NCBI RefSeq assembly: GCF_003704095.1
Contig: NW_020846216.1
Span: forward strand, 1-64,000
Direction: 5' to 3'
Length of the DNA: 64,000 nt
Origin: Pocillopora damicornis
Taxonomy: Eukaryota
Shown: piece by piece, positions 1 through 10,628 of the stretch
How the letters are laid out: every line of letters begins with the position of its first letter
How positions within the stretch are numbered: position 1 is the first letter of the stretch
The notes under the pieces: model-generated
What the model saw: the letters and a program-made list of their open reading frames with translations, nothing else
Database searches by the model: none
Told to the model about the DNA's origin: nothing
Position numbers and translations under genes: made by a program

Positions 1-444
1 ACACATGTACCGTTGGAGAGCGTTTGGTAAGAACTGTTGAAGAAGGATCAAAGCGGCCATTCAAATCTTTGAAAGGCTTCAAACTACAACGTTCATCAAA
101 TTACATACTAAAAGAGTGATTGTGTCTGTCCTTGAGAACCAGAGAAAACGCGACAAATACGAACAAAAAATACTTTTCAAACTACATCGACCCATGGTGA
201 AAGGAAAGAGAAACGGCCTAACTTTAAAGAATTTTCAGTGAAAATCCGCCGATTTCACCACCATATTGAAAATGAAACTACCACAGTGCAACGCAACCGG
301 AGTGCGCACACCGCCTGGGTGCGACTTAAGTCATGTGACACGCACGAGCTGTTGAACTCAGATCTATTTCTGGCAGTAAAAGTGAAACTAAATAGCAAAG
401 GCTCGTAATCAGGAAAAGTCGCGATAGGTTTGGAACTTCGAACC

Positions 445-2112
445 ATGGACAGTGAAGATGTACTTGGCGATGATGGACGTAAAGCTTTGAATGCATGTGT
501 TAAGGTTCGGACCTATTGTGTGGCACAACTTCAGGAATACGAACGGCAGACTGCGCTCGAGCGATTGAGGGGTTGTTATGGAGGTCCCTTTCCACGCGGA
601 TTTGGCTCGTGGCTTCTATTCGACCCACTCAAGATCTATGATGTTCGAAATGGACATAATATTTCGGAGGTAAAAAGATATAGTATCAATGTAATTTACG
701 ATGCACTTCTTAATTTTGACAAGGTGAAGTATGTCGAAAAATACCCTAATAAGGAAGACCCAAGAAGAGAATATTTGATTGCAACTATCGACAAACGAAG
801 AGATAATGTCTCCAGAGAGATCGAGGAGGCCGAGGGTAACCCTGATGGACAACGCAAGTATTCTTGGATTGTAGCGCAGCGAATAGTGAGGGACTGCTTC
901 GCTGGAAACTTTGCCGGTGATGTGGGGCTTCTGAAACAAAAGTTTGGAGAGAGGTACTCCATCATTGACATTTTTAACACCGTCAAAGCGATTGATGACG
1001 AAGGGCAACTCCTCAGATATCCCGAAGATAAAGGGGATGGATCCAAAGAATTAAAGAATGCAATTGAGGCAAACTGGGAAGAACTTACGAAGGAGTACGA
1101 GGATGCTATGGAAAACCCTTGTAGGCAACGTAAATATTCCCGCAGTGGGGCTGAACGTCGAGTAAGAGACTGTTTTGCAGGTACTCTAAAAGAAGATACT
1201 GATATCTTTCCAAATGTACGGAACAGCCGAGAGGCCACTTTCAATGTTTTTGACATAAAGTCTGCTATTGATAATTTTGATGAGAAAAAGCTGATTGACA
1301 AATACCCAAAACCGGGGCGAGGGGAAGACGAAAAGAGGAAAAACGTTGATGATCAAAGGGCTGGCATTCTGACGGAATATGAAAAAACCATCAAATTGGT
1401 AACGATAAGCTATGGAACTGGGTTTCTCATCGGCAATGGTTTGGCTATTACTAATGAACACGTGATCCGAAGATATCTTAATGATGAAGAGAGGTACGGA
1501 CTCTTCGTTTCTAATGAACTCATTCACTGCCTGCCAACTGAAGTTGTTTTTGTTGATGATAAAAATGATTTAGCTTTACTACACTGTCCCAATCTTAATT
1601 TGAATGACACTGAAATTGGCTCATTTAATTTGTGTGGCGTAGACTTACTAGTAGGCCAGTCAGTTTTTTGTTTTGGCTACCCACCTACCCATAGGGGAGA
1701 AACAGCCCTTTTTGTGGAGGGAAAGGTCGCTGGGTACAAGAAAGAACTCCATAAAGAGCCACTGGTGACATTAAATTGCTCACTCAGGTCTGGTTGCTCA
1801 GGTGGTCCAGTTATGCGTAGGATCAAGGGTCAGATAGTGGTTCTTGGTGTTGTCAGAGAACTTCACAAACAAGACATTTTTGAAGAAAATGAAAGAAATT
1901 TCATGGAAAATATGAATAAGCAAGCAACTAATCTTTTGCTCCAAGTGGTTCTGAAATTCATAAAACCATTGATAAAACTTGTATTTAAACTGCACTATGC
2001 CTTGAATTCAACACATTCACCTTTTAACTTTATCAATGTTATACCAGCACGAAAGGTGAAGAAACTACTACAAGACATTGAGGTAAAGATGGCACGTGTC
2101 GCAGCACTGTAA
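445..2112 (+). CDS. Intronless trypsin-like (Trypsin_2/HtrA-type fold) serine protease with three ~92-aa internal repeats; no signal peptide
   Basis: Uninterrupted ORF; first ATG at 445 (ORF track starts at TTG 430). Motifs GTGFLIGNGLAITNEHVI (His codon 1459), KNDLALL (Asp 1567), SGCSGGPV (Ser 1798). Repeat motif QRKYSxxxAxRxVRDCFAG at 850 and 1126, degenerate copy at ~532. Confidence 0.85.
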   Translation: MDSEDVLGDDGRKALNACVKVRTYCVAQLQEYERQTALERLRGCYGGPFPRGFGSWLLFDPLKIYDVRNGHNISEVKRYSINVIYDALLNFDKVKYVEKYPNKEDPRREYLIATIDKRRDNVSREIEEAEGNPDGQRKYSWIVAQRIVRDCFAGNFAGDVGLLKQKFGERYSIIDIFNTVKAIDDEGQLLRYPEDKGDGSKELKNAIEANWEELTKEYEDAMENPCRQRKYSRSGAERRVRDCFAGTLKEDTDIFPNVRNSREATFNVFDIKSAIDNFDEKKLIDKYPKPGRGEDEKRKNVDDQRAGILTEYEKTIKLVTISYGTGFLIGNGLAITNEHVIRRYLNDEERYGLFVSNELIHCLPTEVVFVDDKNDLALLHCPNLNLNDTEIGSFNLCGVDLLVGQSVFCFGYPPTHRGETALFVEGKVAGYKKELHKEPLVTLNCSLRSGCSGGPVMRRIKGQIVVLGVVRELHKQDIFEENERNFMENMNKQATNLLLQVVLKFIKPLIKLVFKLHYALNSTHSPFNFINVIPARKVKKLLQDIEVKMARVAAL

Positions 2113-2222
2113 ACTGGGGTTAATTTGAATTAATTCTCTCCTTTGTTGAACAAAGCAGTACTTCATAAAGTGATACAAGTGTTAGTAACTTGTGACATGT
2201 TGTTACTGTGTAACATGAAAAT

Positions 2223-2398
2223 AGGTGCCCTCTTTTGGTGGGGTTTTACCACGTTAGTTTTGTGCTGTTTGTAAGTACTGTAAGTAGGTGTCCTCTTTTG
2301 GTGGGGTTGTATTAACTTAGTTTTGTACTGTTTGTAAGTACTGTAAATGTAAAGTGCCCTCTTTTGGTGGTGTTTTATTAAGTTATTTTTGTACTGTT
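2223..2398. repeat. Tandem repeat, ~63-65 bp unit, about 2.7 copies
   Basis: Units begin a(g/a)gtg(c/t)cctcttttggtgg at 2223, 2286 and 2351; the whole unit is conserved. Confidence 0.85.
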
Positions 2399-2901
2399 GG
2401 AGGGAAAAACAGTAGTAATCACAGTAATATTCACAACGCGTTTACGAGAGTTTTTTTTTTCCTGACAGCATTATGATTCAGCTGAACAGAAGTCTTTGTG
2501 ATTTTAAATTACCAAATGGTACCTTTGAAAAAAATTGAGCTGAGATGTCTAGAAGATGTACTTTTTTCTGTAATGAGCATGGGTAACGTCTCCTACAAGA
2601 TCCAACCTCAGATTTGAGGTTTGCTTGCTTGTGGAGAGCTTTTTTTTTCCTTTGTCCACAGCCTTGAGGAAACAAATACATGTAACACCACTGTTTATTC
2701 CACAACCAAGGCCAAAATTGTCATCTTTCTTATTCTATTTACTTAAATAAATTTACTGCTACACTTAAAAGTGTCTTAAGCACAGGGTAAATCAAAGGGT
2801 GCTGATTTCTATAGTAGTGACTCAAGCACAGGTTTTTGAAAATATTGTACTCAGTTTCAACAATAATAAAATTACCACATAACTTTTCTATATGCAAAAT
2901 A

Positions 2902-3095
2902 GGAGGTGGTGTGACCGAGTGGATAGGGTGTTAGACTTGTAATCTGGTGGTACCAGGTTCAAGTCCTCCATCCTGCCATTCACTGGAATTGTTCACAGTC
3001 ACCCCAAGTCTAACTCCTCGGCTGCACTGTGTAAATAGCCAACTGGTCTGCCTCCTGCCATTTGGGATTTTCAAGCACTTTATATTTATTTCAGT
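2902..3095 (+). mobile_element. tRNA-derived SINE with Nin-like central domain
   Basis: tRNA-like head with A-box-like tgaccgagtgg and B-box-like ggttcaagtcc, then ctcctcggctgcactgtgtaaatagccaactggtctgcctcctgcca..tgggatt, which resembles the Nin domain of cnidarian SINEs (recognised from memory). Confidence 0.7.
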
Positions 3096-3461
3096 CATTG
3101 TAAAGTGCTATTGGATAGTGATGGAAATAGTACAATATAAATAAAGAATTATTATTAAGTATTTTAAAAATCTGTTTCTGTGTTTATGTGAAAGTGAAGT
3201 TCACCAGGGTTGAATTCTTCAGTGTATAGCTTGATAGAATTACACCCACATCCCCTTGCCACCTGTGTAGTGAACTTGATATCCTTCTACTACACTCACC
3301 ATTTGCAACAACTTAAACAAAATTACTTCTGATCTTTTAAGGTATTAATATCTATTACATTCCAGTGCATAAAATTAGTAGGGATAACATTTCTAAGGGA
3401 TCAAGTTTGCCAGTAGAATCTGTTCCCAGTCCCATAAAATGACTTTTATTGCTTACAGTAC

Positions 3462-6146
3462 CTGTCAGCTCCAAATTCTTTAATTCGTTCTTCATCAACT
3501 CTGGAAGAGATGAACAAGTTACACAGTATTATTTCTAGATGGTTGAAGCTTTTTCCTTAGCAACTCAGTTTTAAGTTTTAAAGCTTCAAGAGTACAATAA
3601 GAAAATTGAGACATATCAAACTCATTTAAATCTTAACCTGAAATATTTTTGAAAAAGAAAAGAGGGAAAGAGGGTCCGCAATAGGGTTCTTCAATCTGGT
3701 AATTCTGACTAGAATTTTCTATCAATCCCATAATCCTTATGGTTTATACTGGCCAATTCTGATCCTGATCATGGATTTTTTCTCAGTCCATTGCCTCGAC
3801 TTAAGAGAGCCTTTTCAGTGGGTAGTGATTTTCTCAACCAGCATTGATCCATTGTTGTCTTTGCTCACCATAAGGCATAAGTTTATCACTTTTCACCAAA
3901 ATGATGATATTGTTAATTTTAAAAGCTGGAAAAGTTTGCACAATTACATGCACTAGTCATGGTAACCACTTCCTTCCATTTAACTTTGATCACTTATTAG
4001 TAAAGAGAGCTCAGTATCAAAGAACTAAATAACGATTTCAACAAGTGCATAAAACAACAAAAGGTGACAGCAATCCCATTGTTCCATAATGAGGGAAATA
4101 AAGGAAAACTATCTGAACACAATTCTGCTGTTGAAGCGAACACTTCTTCTGAAGCAGAACACTCTTCTGAGGAGAAAAACAGCAAGACTGAATTTCTCTC
4201 TGAGCAAGGTATGGCAGGAGAGTTCCAGATCTTGCCATCTTTGTTTCCTGTCTGACAGAGTGCTGATGCACTACTGCAACAAATCTTTGCACTCAGTCCC
4301 CCCCTTTCTGTACACTCTGTGGTGCCATTGGTACGGGTGGTAATCGTTGAATTATCAGTATGGCCAACAGGATCATGGCATGTCCAGGTCAGGATACCAA
4401 GAATTTGAATTCGTAAAATAATATGCCACCCAATGGGTTGTCTCTTTAAGCCTTGTTTGGCTGCATTTCCAAGGTTTCTTGCATAATCTAACATAATGCA
4501 AAGTGTATCTCTGTGATACACAATTAAGTGAGTAATCTCCATGTCTAGTGTAATCGTGCTTGTGGGGAGTAGTGAAATGCAATCCCCTAAAAATGATTGT
4601 GTGGGCTAGGCTTTTTTAGACTTTCATGGAATTTGCCCTTCTTGGTTTGTTTCAGTGATTATTTCCTGAATCCTGCCCCTCAAATCACCAATTCCCATGT
4701 CCTGTTCATGATAACAATTCCGCATTTAGCTCCCTTCTCATTCTAAAAAACCCAGAATTTAAATAAGCTCAATCCCAGATCCTGAAAAACCTATTGGGGA
4801 CCCTCCACATAAGCACATAATTAAAGGGTCACTTTCTTGGGACTGCAACATGTCAACATATCTGTATAATTTCATAAAAGAGGTTGTGGTTATTCATCAT
4901 GGTGAATAACAATAAAAGCTAAGTTTTTTCATTTGTCTCGTGATGTGGTCACATGTGATATAGATTGCAAAATTTTGACTGCATACTGCTAGTCTTCTTC
5001 AGGTGATGAGGTCGTGATCTTATAAAGTATGAATAACTCAGTGATTTGCTCCCTCAGTGGTCAGCGGACCACCAAGGTAGCAAATCACTGAGTGAAACCA
5101 CAAGGATTGAATTGCACCATTCAGAGCTGTTGAAAAACAACTAATCACAGCTGAGCATCATGCTTTATAAGATCACACATGACCAGTCGACCTCATCACC
5201 TGAAGAAGACTAGCAATATGTAGTCGAAACATCGCAATCTATATCACACGTGACTACATCATGAGACAAATGGTAAAACTTAGCTTTTATTTTCATACCT
5301 GTATAAGCTGACAAGTAATTAGTTATTTTAGCCCATAATATTTACCTGTTGAAGACAAAGTTAAGCCATGTGTAGAATGACCTTTTGCCAATGCTTTCAG
5401 TTATTCCTTTGACAGCTACATTTCTCCAAGTTCTAAGTAACGTAGGATGCTTAAGAAACAATCAGTTTAAGGTTAGAAACTGTTGTCTTGGGTACATAAA
5501 GTTCTTCAGTACTTTTCACCAGTACTTTTTTCATAGAATATGCTATTTTAAGCATTAATAGTCCTAACTCATGATTTTGATTGTCCAAATTTTTGCATGA
5601 AGATGAAAGAATACAGCATCAGTATCATCCATGGTAGTGTCTCATACTGAAACTAGGGAGAGATTGTGTTGTGTGTAAAGGAAAAATGACAACTGTAAAG
5701 GGTAAATAAATATATGTGATTAAATCCTCAACTTACACATCAGTAATCTCCTAGTTAGATAAAGGATGAATGAAAAAAAATTATGTAGACAAATAAACTG
5801 CTGCATGATCATTGAATCCAACTGCCAATATTTTTTCCACTGCATGAGTATTTGAGGATCAAAGTATAGCAAGTCCCTTTCATGTACAAGTCTTGAGCCT
5901 TCTGATCCTCATATCTTTGTGTACTGTCACCCCAATAAAAGATCATATATTTTGATAGGTAAAATAAAATTATGCATGTTCCTTCCAGCTCTTTAGAGCT
6001 TGCAATTTGGCTAGTATAGCATGGTGTTATGTTACAGCTGTATGTGGGGTCACAAATATAGTTAACGTTTTCAAATGATATTCCTGAGGTAGCTATGAGA
6101 AAAATAAGCGCTAACTCGAAGAACCATAACTATTACCTACATTCAT
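3462..6146 (-). CDS. DMAC2L: ATP synthase subunit s / factor B (DMAC2L/ATP5S family), 5' portion only
   Basis: Exons 6146-6141 (MN), 5449-5346 and 3500-3462 with GT-AG junctions give MNHPTLLRTWRNVAVKGITESIGKRSFYTWLNFVFNRVDEERIKEFGADR. This matches the family motif FWGWLNAVFNKVDxDRIxxxGPDR after a transit-peptide-like N-terminus. The next family exon (AAxEW..CG) was not found in the window. Confidence 0.7.
3670..4805. mobile_element. Putative non-autonomous DNA transposon (~1.1 kb) with GAG...CTC termini
   Basis: Left end gagggtccgcaatagggtt (3670); right end aacctattggggaccctc (4788-4805), an imperfect inverted repeat. Subterminal aatccc-type motifs. No clear TSD. Confidence 0.55.
4911..5291. 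repeat. Long foldback (inverted repeat) element with Penelope-type hammerhead relic
   Basis: Arms ~4911-5030 and ~5161-5291 are reverse complements. Inner hairpin actcagtgatttgct/agcaaatcactgagt at 5036-5093. CTGAAGA-A-GACTA..TAGTC-GAAAC at 5200-5230. Confidence 0.8.
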
Positions 6147-6310
6147 AACACAGAAGTGGAAACCCCTTGGATGCAGCGGACACGATTATACTTTTCTACA
6201 AGGCGTTCCTTGAGGATGGAAAAACAATGCAAATGAAGACTGGAATTAGTACGCCGCTGACCAAGGGACATCACGGTCCCTAGTAGACACGCGACCTAAG
6301 TAGTAGGAAG

Positions 6311-9300
6311 ATGGCGACTGTGGCTGAGCTACAACGTGACTTAGAATTAGCGAGGGAAGGGCTGAAATCTGTCGATGAAAACATCAAGAAACTTACTGGT
6401 AGAGATCCTTCGGAGTTCAGGTAATGCAGGTGGTTTTTTAATGGACGTAATGAACAGCGAACATTGTTGTGCGAATAGTTTCCCTAAACTTAAATGCATC
6501 GAATAGTCATTGCTTCTGCCTGAATCTCTTTGTTTTCACCGTTCATTCATTCGTGGAGCTACTGTTTTTAAGAAGCTATAGGTTAATCACAATAAATGGT
6601 TACTTCCTTTATGTTACCAAAGGTTAGTATGTTTTCTGGATACAGGAAGTCGTAAGGAAATGTGAATTCAGCTGCAGCTGGTTGTCGAAAATAAACAGCT
6701 GCTGAAACCGTTGAATCATTTCCCCGTCCCGCGAGAGATGCAAACAGAAGTTTATCAGCCTTTAGACCATGATAATATCTCAAAGAGTGGCTATGTTTGG
6801 CACAAGCTTCCATGTAATCATTGTTAATGAAATTTACTTGAGCCAAAATTTGTCGATTAATTAAGTAAATTGCAGGAAAACCCATACACTTGACAACCTT
6901 TAGGCTACGTAACAGAGGTCTTGTTAGCCCCTCAAGTCCTAGATTTGTTTTATAAATCTCCCTTCTAGCTGCTAGAGTGCATGAGAATGTACTTTTATAT
7001 CAAGTGAAAACTATCTACCAGATGTTTGTTAGATTCTTGGCCCTTCTGTGCTGGATGATAAACATGGATGTACACATAAAAAAAACCAAGTATTTCCCAT
7101 GAGGAGTCAAACTGCAGCCTAATTCCTGATTTTGCTCTACAATTTTTTATCAATCAAGTTGCAGACAACTGATCGATCAGTATAGTTATCGGAGAAAAGC
7201 ATCCTACACACAGTATTTGTAGGATCAGCAATATTAAAAGTGATTTATGTGTAGATAGTGTCAGAAGAATGATGAACCGTTTTAAAACAGAATGTGATGC
7301 TTTGACTCAGGCCAGCGGCAGGAAGGCGAGTGTCACTGAAGAGAGACTTCACAGAGAGGAACATTGGACTTGGACAAGGGCCGGCAGCTAAACGACGTGA
7401 TTCAACTGGTGCACCGGGAAGGTAAGTCCAACCAAGGTACATCTACATGTATAAAGGGCTTTCAGTAAGAGTTGCTAGTCAGCCAGAACTGCAAGCTAGT
7501 CTGATATCTTAAGTCAGGAACTTTCACTTTGTTCTACCATGATTGCTATTGAAAAATTGTACAGTTTTGGAAGCATATAGCCATTTTCCAGTTATAAGTA
7601 GAATTAAGTGCCTTATTTACCAGTTACAGGTGTAGCCAAGTCTTAGGATTCCATGTTCAAAATGTACTTTGAGGTCTGTGTGAACTTTGGAATGCTTAGG
7701 ACATCTTTGTTTCCCTAGTCTTGTGTTCAATCTGATTAACCAGCATGGCTTTCAATACAACCTGGCTGACTACTATTTCCAACCTGGCCTCTACTTCCAA
7801 ACTTATTGACAGTGTTCTTCTCTAGAACTACATGAGTTATTTTTGTTGGAATATCAAAAGCAATATAGAATTGTACTGGTTTTGTACCACTTGGTTCTCT
7901 GGTAGGCCTTGAATATTTGTGTTATTTTAATGTAGCTTAAGATATGTATTTTTCTATCTTGGAAGGAAGAAAGATTATTATTATTATTATTATTATTATT
8001 GAATTATTATTATTATTGTTTTTAGTTACACTATTGTAATGTGGGTGATTCTGAAGGCCTTTTTCTGTTTATGCCTGCTAAGATAGTTTAGTTTGGAAAT
8101 TTCCCATTAAATACAAATATATGTGAACTTGATTTAATTCCAGATATCTGTTTTATTTTTCAGACTCTGGAGCCGAGTGGTGAGAACAAGGACTTCACAA
8201 GAGCTGACCCGCCCTTCCTCACGTCTGGATAGTGAAGGCGAAGAAGATGAGGATGATGCAGATAAGGTAAATGTAAATGATCCTTTTTTGTTAAAGCCTG
8301 GAAGATTGAATCTCAAAAAGTCATCGTGATATTATCTTTTAATGCGGTGAGATTGTGATATTTTGATTTTGTTCAAAATTTGCAAAGCAATTTGCAAAAT
8401 GATGTACTATGTGAAGGGAACTCCAAAACATTGATTTGGAAAGATAAGGAAAAAAGCTAATAGCAGACCAGAGGCAAAGAAAGGATTGGGATGGCATCAG
8501 CTAAAAAAGATGAAAACAGCTTTCAGCTCAAACAAAATATTCATGCTGGGTTTTTTTAAATTTTTTTTTTTTTGTTATCTTGTTAACACAATGTTTTTGT
8601 TTCGTGTAGCCTGCTATCCAGTCCTCAGTTGTAGCCACACCCACACCATCTCGCCTCAAGAGAGACGCCATCACAAAAACAGATGACAAAACAAAGTCAA
8701 GGTCAGTTGAAAATCACCAATTATTTGGCAATTGTTTAATGCTGTCAAGTTTTTTTTTCCTTGTTTATTTTTTGTGTTATTTTGTGAGTAAAAGTCATCA
8801 TTTCTGTAAGGTGTGGGACTTCTAATTAGCTGATTGTGGTTCATTTTAGCTGATCTGAGACATCTGAACTTATTTGTTTCTTCTCAGAAATAAGAGAATG
8901 TTTGGCATGTTGCTTGGAACTCTACAAAGGTTCAAAGATGACAGTGCTCAGAAAACAGATAAGGTAATTTCATAAAATTTGCCAAATTTGAGATAAATAT
9001 CTCTAACCAAAACACTCATGTTTTCATAGATAGTCAAGCTTTTTTATCGGTTATGGAGTGTAAAAGTGACTGTCATAAATTTATTATTTATTGAGAAAAA
9101 AATTGGTGTTGTTTTCATTCATTGCTTTACCTCCCCCCTAGCATCAGTATACATATTCTCTACACATTTCCTAAGATGCTGACAAGGAGAATATGTTTAA
9201 CAATCAAGAGCTTCTTTAGTTGGTGATCATTTCCTCTATTCTTATGACCTTCATGTTTGATTCAGGGGTGATATTGTAAGGAGAAATTAGTTGCTAATCA

Positions 9301-10628
9301 CTCCTGGGGGTTAAAAGGTCAATGTTTCCTCTTCAAAATGGCCAACAAACACATCCTAAATTTGTCCATAAGAAGAACAAAATAGGACAAACCAAATCTA
9401 ACCTGGAAGGGATTTCTGCTGTTTTATTTTTGCCAGGAAATAAGGAGAGAGGAAATCAATAAAAAGCTTGAAGAAGCTGAACAGAAAGAGAAAGAAGAAC
9501 TGTCATCTCAAAGAAAGGAGTTATTCACAGAAAGAAGAACAAAACAAGCAGCACTTAGATTGTTACAGAGAAAAGTTGATATGGCTGAATTGGTAGGAAA
9601 AGAAAAAAATCCTGTTCCAGACTTAAGACTTTTTTCAAGATTTGATCTCCCTGTAAATTTACAATGGTTAACTGGTTTTCTCCCTTGGCATATTGTAATA
9701 CAGTCTTTTAAAGTTGACCACCTTGATGCTAGTCATCCAGATGAAAACACCTTTGCATCTTACTCAGTAATTGGCAGGTGTCCAAACCCTAATCTAAAGA
9801 AATCAATTGTTTTCCTTCTTTGCAGCAAGAAGAATGGGATAAACATGGTGAAAAATTAAGTCACTTTATCATGACCAAAGCCAACCCTCCCATCTTCTAC
9901 CTTCCAGCCAAACACAATGATAAGACACAGAAACTCCTGGAGGAATCTACAAGAACTGTGAAAAGTAATCTTTTTGTTATTCTCCCATTATGATTTTCTC
10001 TCACTGGCCTTTCAGTCCCTTGTTTCAAGTAGGAGACACAATGGCATGACATTAGCAATCTGGGCTCCATATTTAGAGGGCCATGTCAGATATTAGGGTG
10101 TAGAGGGTTAAAGACCTCCTAGTTCTCCATGTCAAGAAGGCACTGCTTCAGTATCATACCCTAATTGGTTTGTGGAACTTAATTCCACCAACCCCTGTCT
10201 CCATTTTGAAGAATCAAAGAACAACATGTGGTGCAACCTGAACAGCACACTATGGTTTAGCTTTTTGTTGACTCTACAGTCACCACCAAACACTTACTGT
10301 TTAACTGTTGTTTTCAGGAGCAATGGCTAAAAGAAGAGCAGAAATAGAAGAGGAACAAGAACTAGAGGAAGAGCGAATGAAGAATGCCAGGTTGTCTGTA
10401 TCTAATGAGGGTGAGATTGAGAGTAAGGGGGAGAGAGTTGAAAGCACAGACGGTGGTAGGGATGTGGAAATGAAAGAAGAGAGTCAGGAGGAAGTACCCG
10501 GGAGACAAAGAAAGAAAAGTGAGGGTAGAGATCCTGAGAATGGGGTTAAAGAGGAGAGGAATATTCAGGAAGAGAGACACGCTGTAGGGGTAGAAAACAT
10601 GGAGGAAGATGTGGGAGAGATAGACTAG
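6311..10628 (+). CDS. PNN: Pinin
   Basis: Exons 6311-6420, 7311-7421, 8164-8266, 8610-8701, 8888-8963, 9437-9592, 9826-9964, 10318-10628. Hallmark motifs LKSVDENIKKLTGRDP, PAIQSSVVAT, RNKRMFGMLLGTLQRFK and FIMTKANPPIFYLP. Confidence 0.95.
7974..8017. repeat. (TTA)n microsatellite
   Basis: Run of ttattatta... with one interruption, in PNN intron 2. Confidence 0.9.
9127..9322 (-). mobile_element. piggyBac-like MITE (family B, reverse orientation) in a PNN intron
   Basis: Reverse complement of the ~210 bp element at 62052 and 51392 (gagaatatg..tactgatg.taggg motif). Confidence 0.7.

Noticed and set aside
11-60. Possible first exon of a minus-strand gene (MAALILLQQFLPNALQR|gtacat)
   Set aside because: Too short, at the window edge, and no recognisable homology.
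616-1527. Antisense ORFs over the protease, and similar ones over NRDE2, SRF and SYVN1
   Set aside because: Shadow ORFs of real coding exons.
2223-2398. CRISPR-like array
   Set aside because: The intervening sequences are as conserved as the repeat (no unique spacers), there are no cas genes, and the context is eukaryotic.
2902-2980. tRNA gene
   Set aside because: The tRNA-like head is degenerate and continues into a SINE body; same for 34905.
3997-4542. 181-aa minus-strand ORF as an independent gene or DMAC2L exon
   Set aside because: No family motif, it lies inside a TIR-bounded element, and DMAC2L homology skips it.
6143-6271. 42-codon uORF overlapping the DMAC2L ATG (ATGA)
   Set aside because: Its ATG is only 40 bp from the PNN start, so it is probably upstream of the DMAC2L TSS.
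6583-6885. 100-aa antisense ORF or snoRNA in PNN intron 1
   Set aside because: No recognisable motif, and no convincing C/D or H/ACA boxes with terminal stems.
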